A DNA stretch of 13,581 bases. Origin: Paraspadella gotoi (lineage: Eukaryota > Animalia > Chaetognatha). Positions 1-8,699 of the stretch are shown here, one piece after another. Each line of letters starts with the position of its first letter. Position 1 is the stretch's first letter. Under the pieces are notes generated by a model. The model had not been told where the DNA came from, made no database searches, and saw only the letters and a list, made by a program, of their open reading frames with translations. Both the position numbers and the translations under genes were made by a program. The stretch is from the NCBI GenBank assembly GCA_051294375.1, contig JBJCIZ010001074.1, positions 1 to 13,581 on the forward strand, given 5' to 3'.

Positions 1-108
1 ATATAATAATATTGTATATTTATCTCGCCAAGATATCTTGGCGAAGGCCAAGCTTCTTTGTGACATAGTCGTCGTCATCACGCTGTTTTTTAGGACTAAG
101 CTCTGACT

Positions 109-146
109 AAACAAGTTTGAGCAAACAATGTCGGATCTGCCTACGA
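109..146 (+). repeat. 38-bp repeat with inverted copy at 2783-2820
   Basis: aaacaagtttgagcaaacaatgtcggatctgcctacga versus the reverse complement aaacaaatttgagcaaacaatgtcggatctgcccacga (2 mismatches). Both are followed by AATT-rich repeats. Confidence 0.9.
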
Positions 147-248
147 AAATTAATTAATTAATTATTCGATTAATTAATAAATTTTAATATTTAATAATTA
201 ATTATAAATTTATATACAGCTTATCATCATCGATGTCCTTAAAATAAA

Positions 249-1375
249 GTAAATGTGACTTATATTTTTTCCATTTAAACTCATTTCCACTGGCACAATT
301 CCGTCAAAACTTTATATCTAGCTTCTTCACAAACTTTCCTTCCGACTGACAAAATTTCATCTCAATTTATTATGAGTTAAAATAAGTAAAAAGAGTCAAG
401 TAAATTTAAACTCATTTCCACTCGTACCGAAACTTTATATCAAGCTTCGTCACACATTTTCCTACCCATACACAAAATTTGAACTCAATCTATCCATCTA
501 ATTATGATTAATTAGAGTATTTATTGGTTAAAATAAGTAAAAAGATTTTAGTAAATGCGACTTATGTTTTTTCCATTTAAACTCATATCCACTCACACGA
601 TTCCATTGAAACTTTATATCCAGCTTCATCATACATGTTCCTACCCATACGCAAAATTTCATTCCGATCCAACCAGCCACCTTTGCTAAGGTGGGACGGA
701 TGGACGGATTGATTAACTGATTAATTAGTGATTAATTAAATAGTGATTAATTAATTGACTAATTGATTAATTAACTGATTNNNNNNNNNNNNNNNNNNNN
801 NNNNNAAATACTCACGGCATTCCACTCGAAAAAACACTATATTATTCCTCCCAGCCTTCATTTCAAAAACCACTATGTTCCTACCATACGCAAAATTTCA
901 TTCCGATCCAACAGCCACCTTTGCTAAGGTGGGACGGATGGACCCCGGGGATGTTTTTTGTTATTTTTGACTTAACTGATAATTAGTGATTAATTAAATA
1001 GGTGATTAATTAAAATTTGACTAATTGATTAATTAACTGATTAAATTATTTGGTTTATTAAACATCTCTTGCGATGTTATACATTTAATATAAAAGGAAA
1101 AAAATCATAATCAATTAAATGAAACTGGTTTTTTTGTTTTTTTCCATTTAAACTCATTCCACTTCAAACGATTCCATCGAAAACTTTCCTGCTTCAATCA
1201 CACACTTTCCTACTCACTCATACAAAATTCAGGTCAATCGCCCCATCCACTCATGTTCAAAATAATGAATTATAATTTTTGTTTTTCCATTTAAACTCAT
1301 TTCCATCGAAACTTTATATCCAGCTCAATTCCACACACTTCCCTACCACACACAAAATTTCATTAAAATCCATCC
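249..1375 (+). repeat. Dispersed-tandem array of a ~110-bp unit (ttccatttaaactcatttccac...aactttatatccagcttc...ttcctaccca...caaaattt)
   Basis: Copies at ~249-360, ~400-482, ~551-665, ~806-900 (noisy), ~1140-1232 and ~1283-1365, separated by (TAAT)n-like spacers. Confidence 0.9.
781..805. other. Assembly gap (25 N)
   Basis: 25 n characters; sequence ~590-780 recurs with many indels at 806-1042. Confidence 0.99.
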
Positions 1376-1727
1376 ATCCAATCACGAGTAATTGGTGTTT
1401 TTTGCTAAGGTGGATGGCGACGGACGGTAGGACGGACGGACGGGACGGACTGACATCCTTTTTTTTGCATAATTTATCATAATTCGATGTTCTTGACATG
1501 ATATAAGTGTAGTGTCCCGCACAATATTGAGGGGCGGACCGAGCGACGGAGTCAAAGTGAATTATTAGAGTCTGCTGAAAGCAGATCCGACTAAAAATTC
1601 AGGAGGTTTTTTTTAAGTATATGCTTTTACGGGCCCAATGTAGAATGATGGTCAAGTATTGCCTATTGTTAAGTTTCAAAAAAATCCGACCTTAAAATAT
1701 AGAAAATATTAACCAAAATCTTCGGAA

Positions 1728-1815
1728 AATCCACCCCTTTGGAAGATTTTTGCCAGGTAGAGATTTTTTTCCCGAATCTGACTCCCGTGCTTTAAAAACT
1801 CTTAGAATTCCGATC
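1728..1815. repeat. MITE/foldback-like repeat arm; inverted homologues at ~2164-2275 and ~3849-3935
   Basis: Its reverse complement (gatcggaattctaagagtttttaaagcacgggagtcagattcggg) matches gattcgaattctaagagtttttaagcggtagtcagattcggtg at ~3849. ggtagtcagatt...aaaatcttcc at 2232-2274 mirrors 1741-1785. Confidence 0.7.
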
Positions 1816-2497
1816 TAGCTCCTCTACTTTTACTTTAAATAAAATTCACCAGAATGGACTAATTCACTTTACCATGATTGTATCATATTAAAATAACAAA
1901 ATAAAATATAAAAAAAAATTTGAGAGCCCTCAGGACATATGGCTATTGGATTTCTGAATTTGAAGTTTATTTGTAAAATCACAACATATGTTAAATTGCG
2001 TTTTACATTGCATTGAAGTGGATAAATCCTTTATTTTATCTATAAAAATTGGTGGTCGAAAATATTTTCCCGAGCGGACCAGTCCATTTGAATCTGATAG
2101 TTTGCTGTAAAAATGAAGGTTATTTGACAAGAGAAAAAAAATACGAGCCGTTCAGATGCAACAGGATCGGAATCTAATGTTTTTACATCTATTTTTTATT
2201 GTAATTTTTCTCAGGAGCCTTTATATTGTTTGGTAGTCAGATTTGAACGAAAATCTCCATTGAAAAAATCTTCCTCAATCTCTAAGAACGACGTCAGCTC
2301 CTATGTTTTTATATAAAAACTACTACGCTTTTATAGTTTTTGCTGGGACTTTTTAAATAAACTTTTGAAATAGCTTTAAAATTTTCATATTAAATTTGAA
2401 TTCAAGTATTTTTTGTTTGTATTTCTACTTGATTATGATTTACTGCAATATGCAAATGAGATTATAGTACTCATTATAATATCCAAATTAGTATATA

Positions 2498-2735
2498 GCT
2501 GATGAAGACTCGCAACCACAGATTCGAAACATGTCTGGTGTTTGAAACAAAAAAATAGTTGTTTGTAAAAAATAAATTATAAAAACTTTTGTTTTCCTTA
2601 AATTTTAAACGTAGCAAAAAGAAAGCCAAAATACAATTATTATTATTATTTTGAAAATTTCCTATTTTATATGGATATTATTATTGATTTTTTAAATTTT
2701 ATGATACTGTTCCCCAAACAATATGAACAAATTTT
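2498..2735 (+). repeat. ~240-bp repeat (Penelope-like end), inverted copy at 4434-4682
   Basis: Continuous alignment with the reverse complement of 4434-4682, e.g. atgtctggtgtttgaaacaaaaaaatagttgtttgtaaaaaataaattataaaaacttttgttttccttaa and agcaaaaagaaagccaaaatacaattattattatt. Confidence 0.92.
2499..2535 (+). ncRNA. Minimal hammerhead ribozyme core of Penelope-like-element type
   Basis: CTGATGA-A-GACTC-gcaaccaca-GATTC-GAAA-CAT-GTC. Both catalytic boxes are present, with a 5-bp stem II (one mismatch), palindromic ACATGT stem III and a GUC cleavage triplet. Stem I pairing is poor. Confidence 0.65.
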
Positions 2736-3091
2736 AAAAAAAATTAATTAATTAACTTTAATTATTTAATTACCGATAATGATCGTGGGCAGATCCGACA
2801 TTGTTTGCTCAAATTTGTTTTATATTCAGACAGGCCTGATTTTAATCAAATTTATGCCAAACATTTTTCAATAAATGTTAATTTATTTATTTATTTTTAA
2901 AGTCTGAAAAAAAGTGGCGCAATTTTTTTGCACAAGACTATAAAATTTTTTTCCTTGTCATTTAATATAACCATTTGCAATTCACCATCTTTTTTTATTA
3001 ATAGAGCTACTTTATTCCCAGTTAATGAACATAATTAGTGAATTATCAAGTAATTTAAAAATCATTGATGGTTGATGATAAAATTTAATTA

Positions 3092-3720
3092 TATGGCGAT
3101 GAAGGTTTCGTCACCACGGGGTTGACCCTAGTTGGTCACTTTGTTGTATGGTCAGTCACGAGGGAAGCCGCCTTCTGACTCTCTCTCTCTCTATTTACTT
3201 GGTCTTTGGCTCGCTCTCTCTCGTCAGTCTCTTCTCACAACCTTTACTATTAACGTCTCTCTCTGTTATGTGTTATATTTGTTAATACATGTTATTATGT
3301 ACCACTACGATTAAAATGACATATATTCAAAAACATTAGCAAAGTTTAACATAAAATCTATTTGGCACAAGGTCGTTTCATAGGTTGCCGTTTGTCAAAG
3401 CAAGTATCAGAAGCCGTTGACGGCAGGTAATCTGGCCGGAGAAGGGAAACGCGAGAGCCTGTTGCTTAGCGCGAGAGGTCTCGGATGCTGTTGATGATAG
3501 AACTAAGTGACTCCTGCAAGAGGATGTCGAGGTGACTGGTGAGTCGGTTCTCCGTCCTTTCCACGACTCACTGGGGGCGATGCCGACGTCCGAAGGTGGC
3601 ACCAATGCCGCGCGATTTCGTTTCCACCCCAGCTGGCCTATTTGGTTGTCGCAAGGGAAGCCGAGTTCTGATGCTCTCTCTCTGTATTTCTTTATTCTTT
3701 CTTTATTTCTTTATTTAAAT
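3092..3720 (+). mobile_element. Possible degenerate small LTR element (two diverged direct repeats)
   Basis: Repeats at ~3092-3200 and ~3581-3690 share gaagg..tttcgt..ccac..agggaagccg..ttctga..ctctctctct.tattt. PPT-like gggggcga directly precedes TG at 3581. Confidence 0.4.
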
Positions 3721-4642
3721 TCAAAAAATAATTTTTATTTCTCTCTCTCGAGGAAAAAAAATTAGCGATTTTTTTTATCGCGCGCACGATTCTCCGCTCG
3801 ATTAAATAAAAAGAACAGCGATCGATCGTTTTAATAAAAAGAACTAGCGATTCGAATTCTAAGAGTTTTTAAGCGGTAGTCAGATTCGGTGAAAATCTTG
3901 AATGGAGAAACTATTTCGTAGAAGGGGTGAAATTTCTTGAAATTTCTTGTTTTTTTTAGATTTCTGCCTAAACGCGTGGGTCAAATTTAAATGAAACTTG
4001 AAATTCTACAATATTCCCGTCTATTCTACGTCGCCGGAGGTATAAGAAATATATTACAAAATTCATTTTTGTGTTCTCTTGAGGACATTTAGTCCTAATT
4101 ATTAATTCTCAATGACTTTTATAAAATTTAGTTTTTTCCTTGATCAAAAGACAAACTTTAAATCCCCATCATTCTAATTTTGTTCATTAAAAATTATAAT
4201 TAAAAATAATTAAAAATAAAATATAATAGTATTTAATTCTACTAATGGGTAATAATAATTAATTAAACAAATTGGAAAAAATAAATTAAAAATAATGGGA
4301 ATTAAGTTTTAAATTGACATAATCACTTGAGAAGCTGTCTTTATTTAGAGTAGAGCTCTCAGGAAAAAAAAATTTGAGTTAAACAAACAAGGTTATTTAA
4401 ACGTGAGAATACTTGATTATTGAATTATAAAAAAAAATTTGCTCATATTGTTTGGCGAACAGTATTCATAAAATAAAATAAATTAATAATAATATCCGTT
4501 TATAAATAGGAATTGATTTCAAAAATAATAATAATTGTATTTTGGCTTTCTTTTTGCTGGTCCTCGTTTTAAAAAATTAAGGAAAACAAAAGTTTTTATA
4601 ATTTATTTTTTACAAACAACTATTTTTTTGTTTCAAACACCA

Positions 4643-4681
4643 GACATGTTACGAATCTGTGCGTTGCGAAGTCTTCATCAG
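4643..4681 (-). ncRNA. Second hammerhead core copy (GAAA reads GTAA)
   Basis: Minus strand CTGATGAAGACTTCGCAACGCACAGATTCGTAACATGTC, nearly identical to 2499-2535. Confidence 0.55.
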
Positions 4682-5000
4682 CCAAAACTAAAAACAGATG
4701 AGAGAGAGGAAAAAAGAAGAGAGAGGGAGAGGGAAAGATGAGAGATAAAGGTTTTTAACAAAGAAGAACAGGAGAATGGAGATGGATGGGGGTATGAGAG
4801 AAGAGACAGACGTTAAGGGAAGCAAAATTAAGGTCAACCCTACTGAAGGGCAACTGTAGTTCGTCTCTCCACGAACCGGGCATCCCTCAAAAAGAATAAC
4901 TTTAGTTTAGATAGAGGAAGGGGAGTCCGTCACTCCTGTTGCAAAAAGAAGCAATTAACGAATGACTTGCCAACCTGTACTGTCAGGTAAGAGAGGGCTC

Positions 5001-5147
5001 TAGAGCGATTGGTGGCGGTCCGGAGAAGAGCGGGAGTTTAATCCTGGAGGTCTCTCTATACCAAGCTTTCATCAGTGTAGGCGATTGGTGGTCGGAGAAG
5101 AGCGGGGAGTTTAACCTGGCAGTCTCTCTATACAAGCTTTCTCAGTG
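5001..5147. repeat. Tandem duplication, ~70-77 bp x2
   Basis: 5001-5077 and 5078-5147 both read tag(a)gcgattggtgg..cggagaagagcggg..agtttaa..cctgg..gtctctctata..caagctttc(a)tcagtg. Confidence 0.9.
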
Positions 5148-5603
5148 GCTCTTGACAGGTGCAGCGGACTCAATGGACATTTGAGTAGTATTAAGCATTT
5201 GTCCCAAAAGGATTTATCCCTGATCCAACAGCATCAACTCGATATCACTGTCCGGCAGGTTGCCCTCCAACTTTTGAATGCGTTTTAAGGACCGTTCAAT
5301 TTTTAACCAAGATTTTGTTTTATTTGCCGCTGGTTTACAAACAAATCAAAGGCTTTTGACCATTTTATAAACTGTAATTAAACAATTTTTGAATCTCTTT
5401 GTCGTCATTTTTTAAAATCAATCAGAAAGTGAGGCAACTCAACTATGAAAAAGGACGACCAATCCGAGATCTACATTTAAAATACTTGATCAATCAGATA
5501 CTTCGTAAGCCGGCAAAATACGAAATTCTATAATAAACACACGAGAGTCTATCTTCGTAACAAATCAAAATTTAACCAAGTCCGTTTTTTAAACAAAAAC
5601 AAT

Positions 5604-5608
5604 TTTGT
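5604..5608. repeat. Target site duplication TTTGT (left copy; right copy 12378-12382)
   Basis: tttgt|TG at 5604-5610 and CA|tttgt at 12376-12382. Confidence 0.85.
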
Positions 5609-5899
5609 TGTAGAAGACGAAGAATGTAATAATAAATATGAAGAGAGAGTGAAGGAAATTGTTGAGATGCTTTAGAAAAGTAGAAAGAAGTTGGACGTCT
5701 AGCTCTTCCTTGATCCACTTTTTATCATCGCCCGGACCAACTTGACCTTACGGTCTCGCCTCGCCCTATTTACTGTGTCGGTCAATCTAAGCGTTCATTG
5801 CCAAAGCTAGGGCCAAAGTGACCCCCGTGTGGAATAGACCGGCTCGAATGAAAGAGGAGAGAGGAAGTTTAGAGAGAGGACCCTGTGTAAGTCGCCTCA
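5609..5899 (-). repeat. 3' LTR (~291 bp)
   Basis: On + it starts tgtagaagacgaagaatgtaataataaatatgaagagagagtg and ends gtaagtcgcctca. It aligns end to end with 12095-12377 and abuts the PPT. Confidence 0.95.
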
Positions 5900-5907
5900 T
5901 CCCCCTC
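5900..5907 (-). promoter_or_regulatory. Polypurine tract
   Basis: Minus strand GAGGGGGA directly precedes TGAGGCGAC, the start of the 3' LTR. Confidence 0.85.
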
Positions 5908-6372
5908 AAGTTCGGACCTTAGGGTTCGAACTGACCTATTTTTACAGTTGAGGTGACTTGTACTACTATTAAGGAACAAAGTACTTTAACAATATTGTAT
6001 TCTCCTTGGGGGAATATTTGGGCCAAACAATAAGGTCTAGGAGAAACAATTGGGCGGCGACCCACTAAAAAGGGGTTTGTCTTATACAATAAATATTTAC
6101 CATAGTATTCTTCTCAAAAAAAAATCATTGGGAAGAAATTTTAACAAAAAGGGAATAGGGAGATAGGAAAAATGATTTGTTTTGGTCAAAGTGCTTATGA
6201 TGATTGTTGCTATTACGGCAAGCTTTGGCTTTAAATCATAAAAATAACCAGCTGTTGATGAATTTTGTTTTTGAATGATTACTTGCTGTTAGGCAGTTGT
6301 GATTAATCGTAACAGTGACCCAATCGGTTATTGATTTGGTGATAGTAGCTGATAACCGCGTTATCTAATAAT

Positions 6373-7780
6373 TCACGGGAATCTCGCGAATGACTGATAG
6401 TTAGATCTTAGACATCTAATACAATATATATCTATTTCCTTCAGAACCCAGACCGATCGTATTGTCTTGCACGTTGCTTGTCTTTTGAGGTGAAGTCGTG
6501 TTGGTTGTTGAGTGGTGGGATCGTTGTCGTGAATGGCCATTGTTCTGTTGCTGTGGAGGTTCTTGTTGAAGTTGCTGAGGTTGCGGCCGCCTGAGGAATA
6601 TAAATGTGAATGAGTGGAGTCGGCCGCTGGGCTGACTCTTGTTCTATTATTTGTTTGACCCTTCCCCCCTAGGAAACGACTCGCTGTTGCTGCTGGTGGT
6701 CGTCCTCTTCGTGGGGCTGCTGGAGGTTTGGTTGGACATCCGGTTCTTGTTGTTGCTGGCTTGCATCTGTCGATGGATATCTTCTCTTGTCCTCGGCCGG
6801 GGATGTCCACTGTGAAGGTCTTGTCATCTCCTTTGCAGACTACTTTGTAAGGCCCAAGTAGGGCGTATTCTAAGCGAGTGACCCTGTTGGCCGCGGAGCA
6901 CAAAAACCCAGTTTGCTGGAGCAAGACTGTGAGGAAGATGAACAGGTTGGGTTTGAGTGCCAACTAGGAAACTTTACTGGTCTCACAATGGCAACATCGT
7001 GTCTTCAAGTTTTGCAGCTCATTTTGGGCATTGCTCTTTGTGGCTTGCACCTGTACCTATTACCAGTTCGCCTGGATTGCTATTGTATCTCCGAATACAA
7101 GCTCTGCTTGGTGATGCTTGTAGGTCTTCTTTTTGGTGCCGGACCTGATCCTAATAAGGACCCAGGGTAGGTGATTTGAACCAATTTTGCCGCCGGACGC
7201 ATCACAACGCGCTTTCAATGATGCCTTCATGGTACGTGAAACCGTTCGACCATTCCCGTTCGCCTGCGGGTGGTAAGCTGTGGTGGTGTTGAGCTTGTAA
7301 GCTATAGCTTGGCTCAGCTGGATGCCACAATCAGAAGTGAATTGTGTTCCACGTCGGAAGGACCCGTGGTGGTTACACCGAATCTGGCGATCCAGTTTCT
7401 GAAGGAAGGCTGTTGCTTACAGTTACTGCGGAGATATCCCGAAGGGGATATTGCTTCAGGCCAGCGCAGAAAATGTCTACACTAGGTTAAAGGTACGTGT
7501 AACGCCTAGGTGGGCAAGGGACCCAAACCAAGTCAAGTGAATGTGTTCGAAACGCCTTCGATGGTGCTCGAAAGGTTGTAGGGGAGCCTGGGTGTGTCGT
7601 TGTACCTTGCTGCGCTGGCAGTCAAGGCAAGCCTGAGCCCATTTTTGCCACGTCTGACGCGGGCTTTTGGCCAAACAAATCTCTTTGTTACCAGCTTTTT
7701 GTGCATCTGACGCTCGGGTGAGCCTAGGTTGGGATGGCATCATTAAACATCGACGGCGCAAAGTTGTGGGACACCAAGGG
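6373..7780 (-). pseudogene. pol: Integrase (HHCC, DDE core, GPY/F) with low-complexity C-terminal tail
   Basis: AHP...RFVWP...WAQACLDCQRSKVQRHTQAPL, RFEHIH-DLVG, RWPEAI, TTAYHPQANG-VERFH (~7240-7285), LLGPYKVV, KISIDRCKPA, then PRRGRPP. The true stop is uncertain because of indels. Confidence 0.93.
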
Positions 7781-8044
7781 GCGCGCCTCCTGAACTGACA
7801 TCACAGATGATGTTCAAAGTCGTTCAGGCGAACTATTCTTGATCGCAGGCTTAGGATGTGGCGTCCGCCAGAGGAGTCGCTGGATCTCCTCGTCGGGAAC
7901 TCTGGTCACCGGCTTAAAGCGGCAAAATCGACACCTTGGGGCCAACTCGTTGACCGTTGCGACCAAAGATGGGCATTTCTGAAGCGTCCTGAATGATTCC
8001 TTCAGGGTTCTGGGCCACTGCTTGCTGGGCATGATGATTTTCTT

Positions 8045-8420
8045 GATAGTGTGTCCGCACACGTTGGCCTTGCCCTCAATGTATCGGATGTCTGTTGTGT
8101 ATTCGAGGATGGCAGATAATATATGTTTGACGCATTGAGTGTGGCTCAGATTTCTTGCGTTATGGCGCGAACTAGGCTGTTCTGGTCAGAGAAAACAGAA
8201 CGAAAGTAGCGGCCCTTCCAGGAAGGGCCTGAAGTGCCGGATGAGCGGTGTGCGCAAGGAGTTCCCGGTCCGAAAGGTGGCCATTTTTGTCTGGCGTTCT
8301 GAGCTAGCGGCGAGCTGAGAAAAATGCCTAAGGGTATTGCCATTGACCCCAATCTTCTTGCTCCAGGACGCCGCCGAATGCCGTCAGTGACGCATCGACG
8401 GTCAGGGCCAGAGGTGCCCG
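8045..8420 (-). pseudogene. pol: RNase H domain of pol
   Basis: VTD..GGVLEQ, PLGIF, FRPFLEG, FSDQNSLVRA, LSAILEYTTDIRYIEGKANV. Confidence 0.88.
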
Positions 8421-8699
8421 TCCACAGGGTGGACAACATAGTTGCGTTTGCTAGCAGCTTCTTTCGACTGTTGAAAGGCTTGAGTCATTTCCTCGGTCCA
8501 TTTAAGGAACTCGGGGGTTGCCTTTTTAAGGCCTTGGTATAATGGTTATGTAAGGGACTTCGCGATATTGGAATGAAACGCCGGTAGTAAGTTGAGCTGC
8601 CAAGTATCTTGAACTCTTGACTGTATGTTGGCTGGGGAATTGTTGATGTGTTCGACTTTTGTGTTCCAATGGCTGACGCCTGTTGCGTCTTACCTGCGT

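Larger units (their letters stand above)
19..1470. mobile_element. Helentron-associated (HINE/DINE-1-like) non-autonomous element(s) with internal subrepeats
   Basis: T-rich boundary plus a perfect 20-bp palindrome (25-44), GGAC/GGAT microsatellites (693-708, ~1410-1450), aaaatttcattccgatc motifs and ~110-bp internal repeats. The architecture resembles DINE-1/HINE; family assignment is by resemblance only. Confidence 0.5.
4434..5600 (-). mobile_element. Possible Penelope-like retroelement 3' remnant
   Basis: On the minus strand a degenerate coding stretch (LMKAWY..KLPLFSGPPPIA, reminiscent of the PLE F..PP..AYRR..NL linker) is followed by a CT-rich tract (4698-4810), the hammerhead core and an AT-rich tail. 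No RT catalytic or GIY-YIG motif was seen. Confidence 0.4.

Noticed and set aside
249-1375. Repeat-spacer pattern resembling a CRISPR array
   Set aside because: Units are ~110 bp and degenerate, spacers are low-complexity, there are no cas genes, and the context is eukaryotic.
1570-1586. Small hairpin tctgct-gaa-agcaga as a terminator
   Set aside because: Eukaryotic context with no U-tract; more likely a subterminal hairpin of another repeat, but this could not be established.
3805-3858. ~28-bp tandem duplication aataaaaagaac(t)agcgat
   Set aside because: Real in the sequence but only two copies; consistent with trivial slippage or a consensus artefact.
1279-4741. Short ORFs (60-77 aa) in the left flank
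   Set aside because: They lie in repeats or low-complexity DNA, mostly start at non-ATG codons and have no recognisable motifs.
5066-5076. Third CTGATGA (minus strand) as a hammerhead core
   Set aside because: No stem II/GAAA/NUH arrangement follows, and the duplicated copy lacks the motif.
5345-5365. Minus-strand SKAFD peptide resembling a LINE RT motif
   Set aside because: Isolated 5-residue match lacking the preceding D and any other LINE RT motifs.
5933-6400. env gene
   Set aside because: Too short, with no ORF, signal peptide, furin site or TM segment visible.
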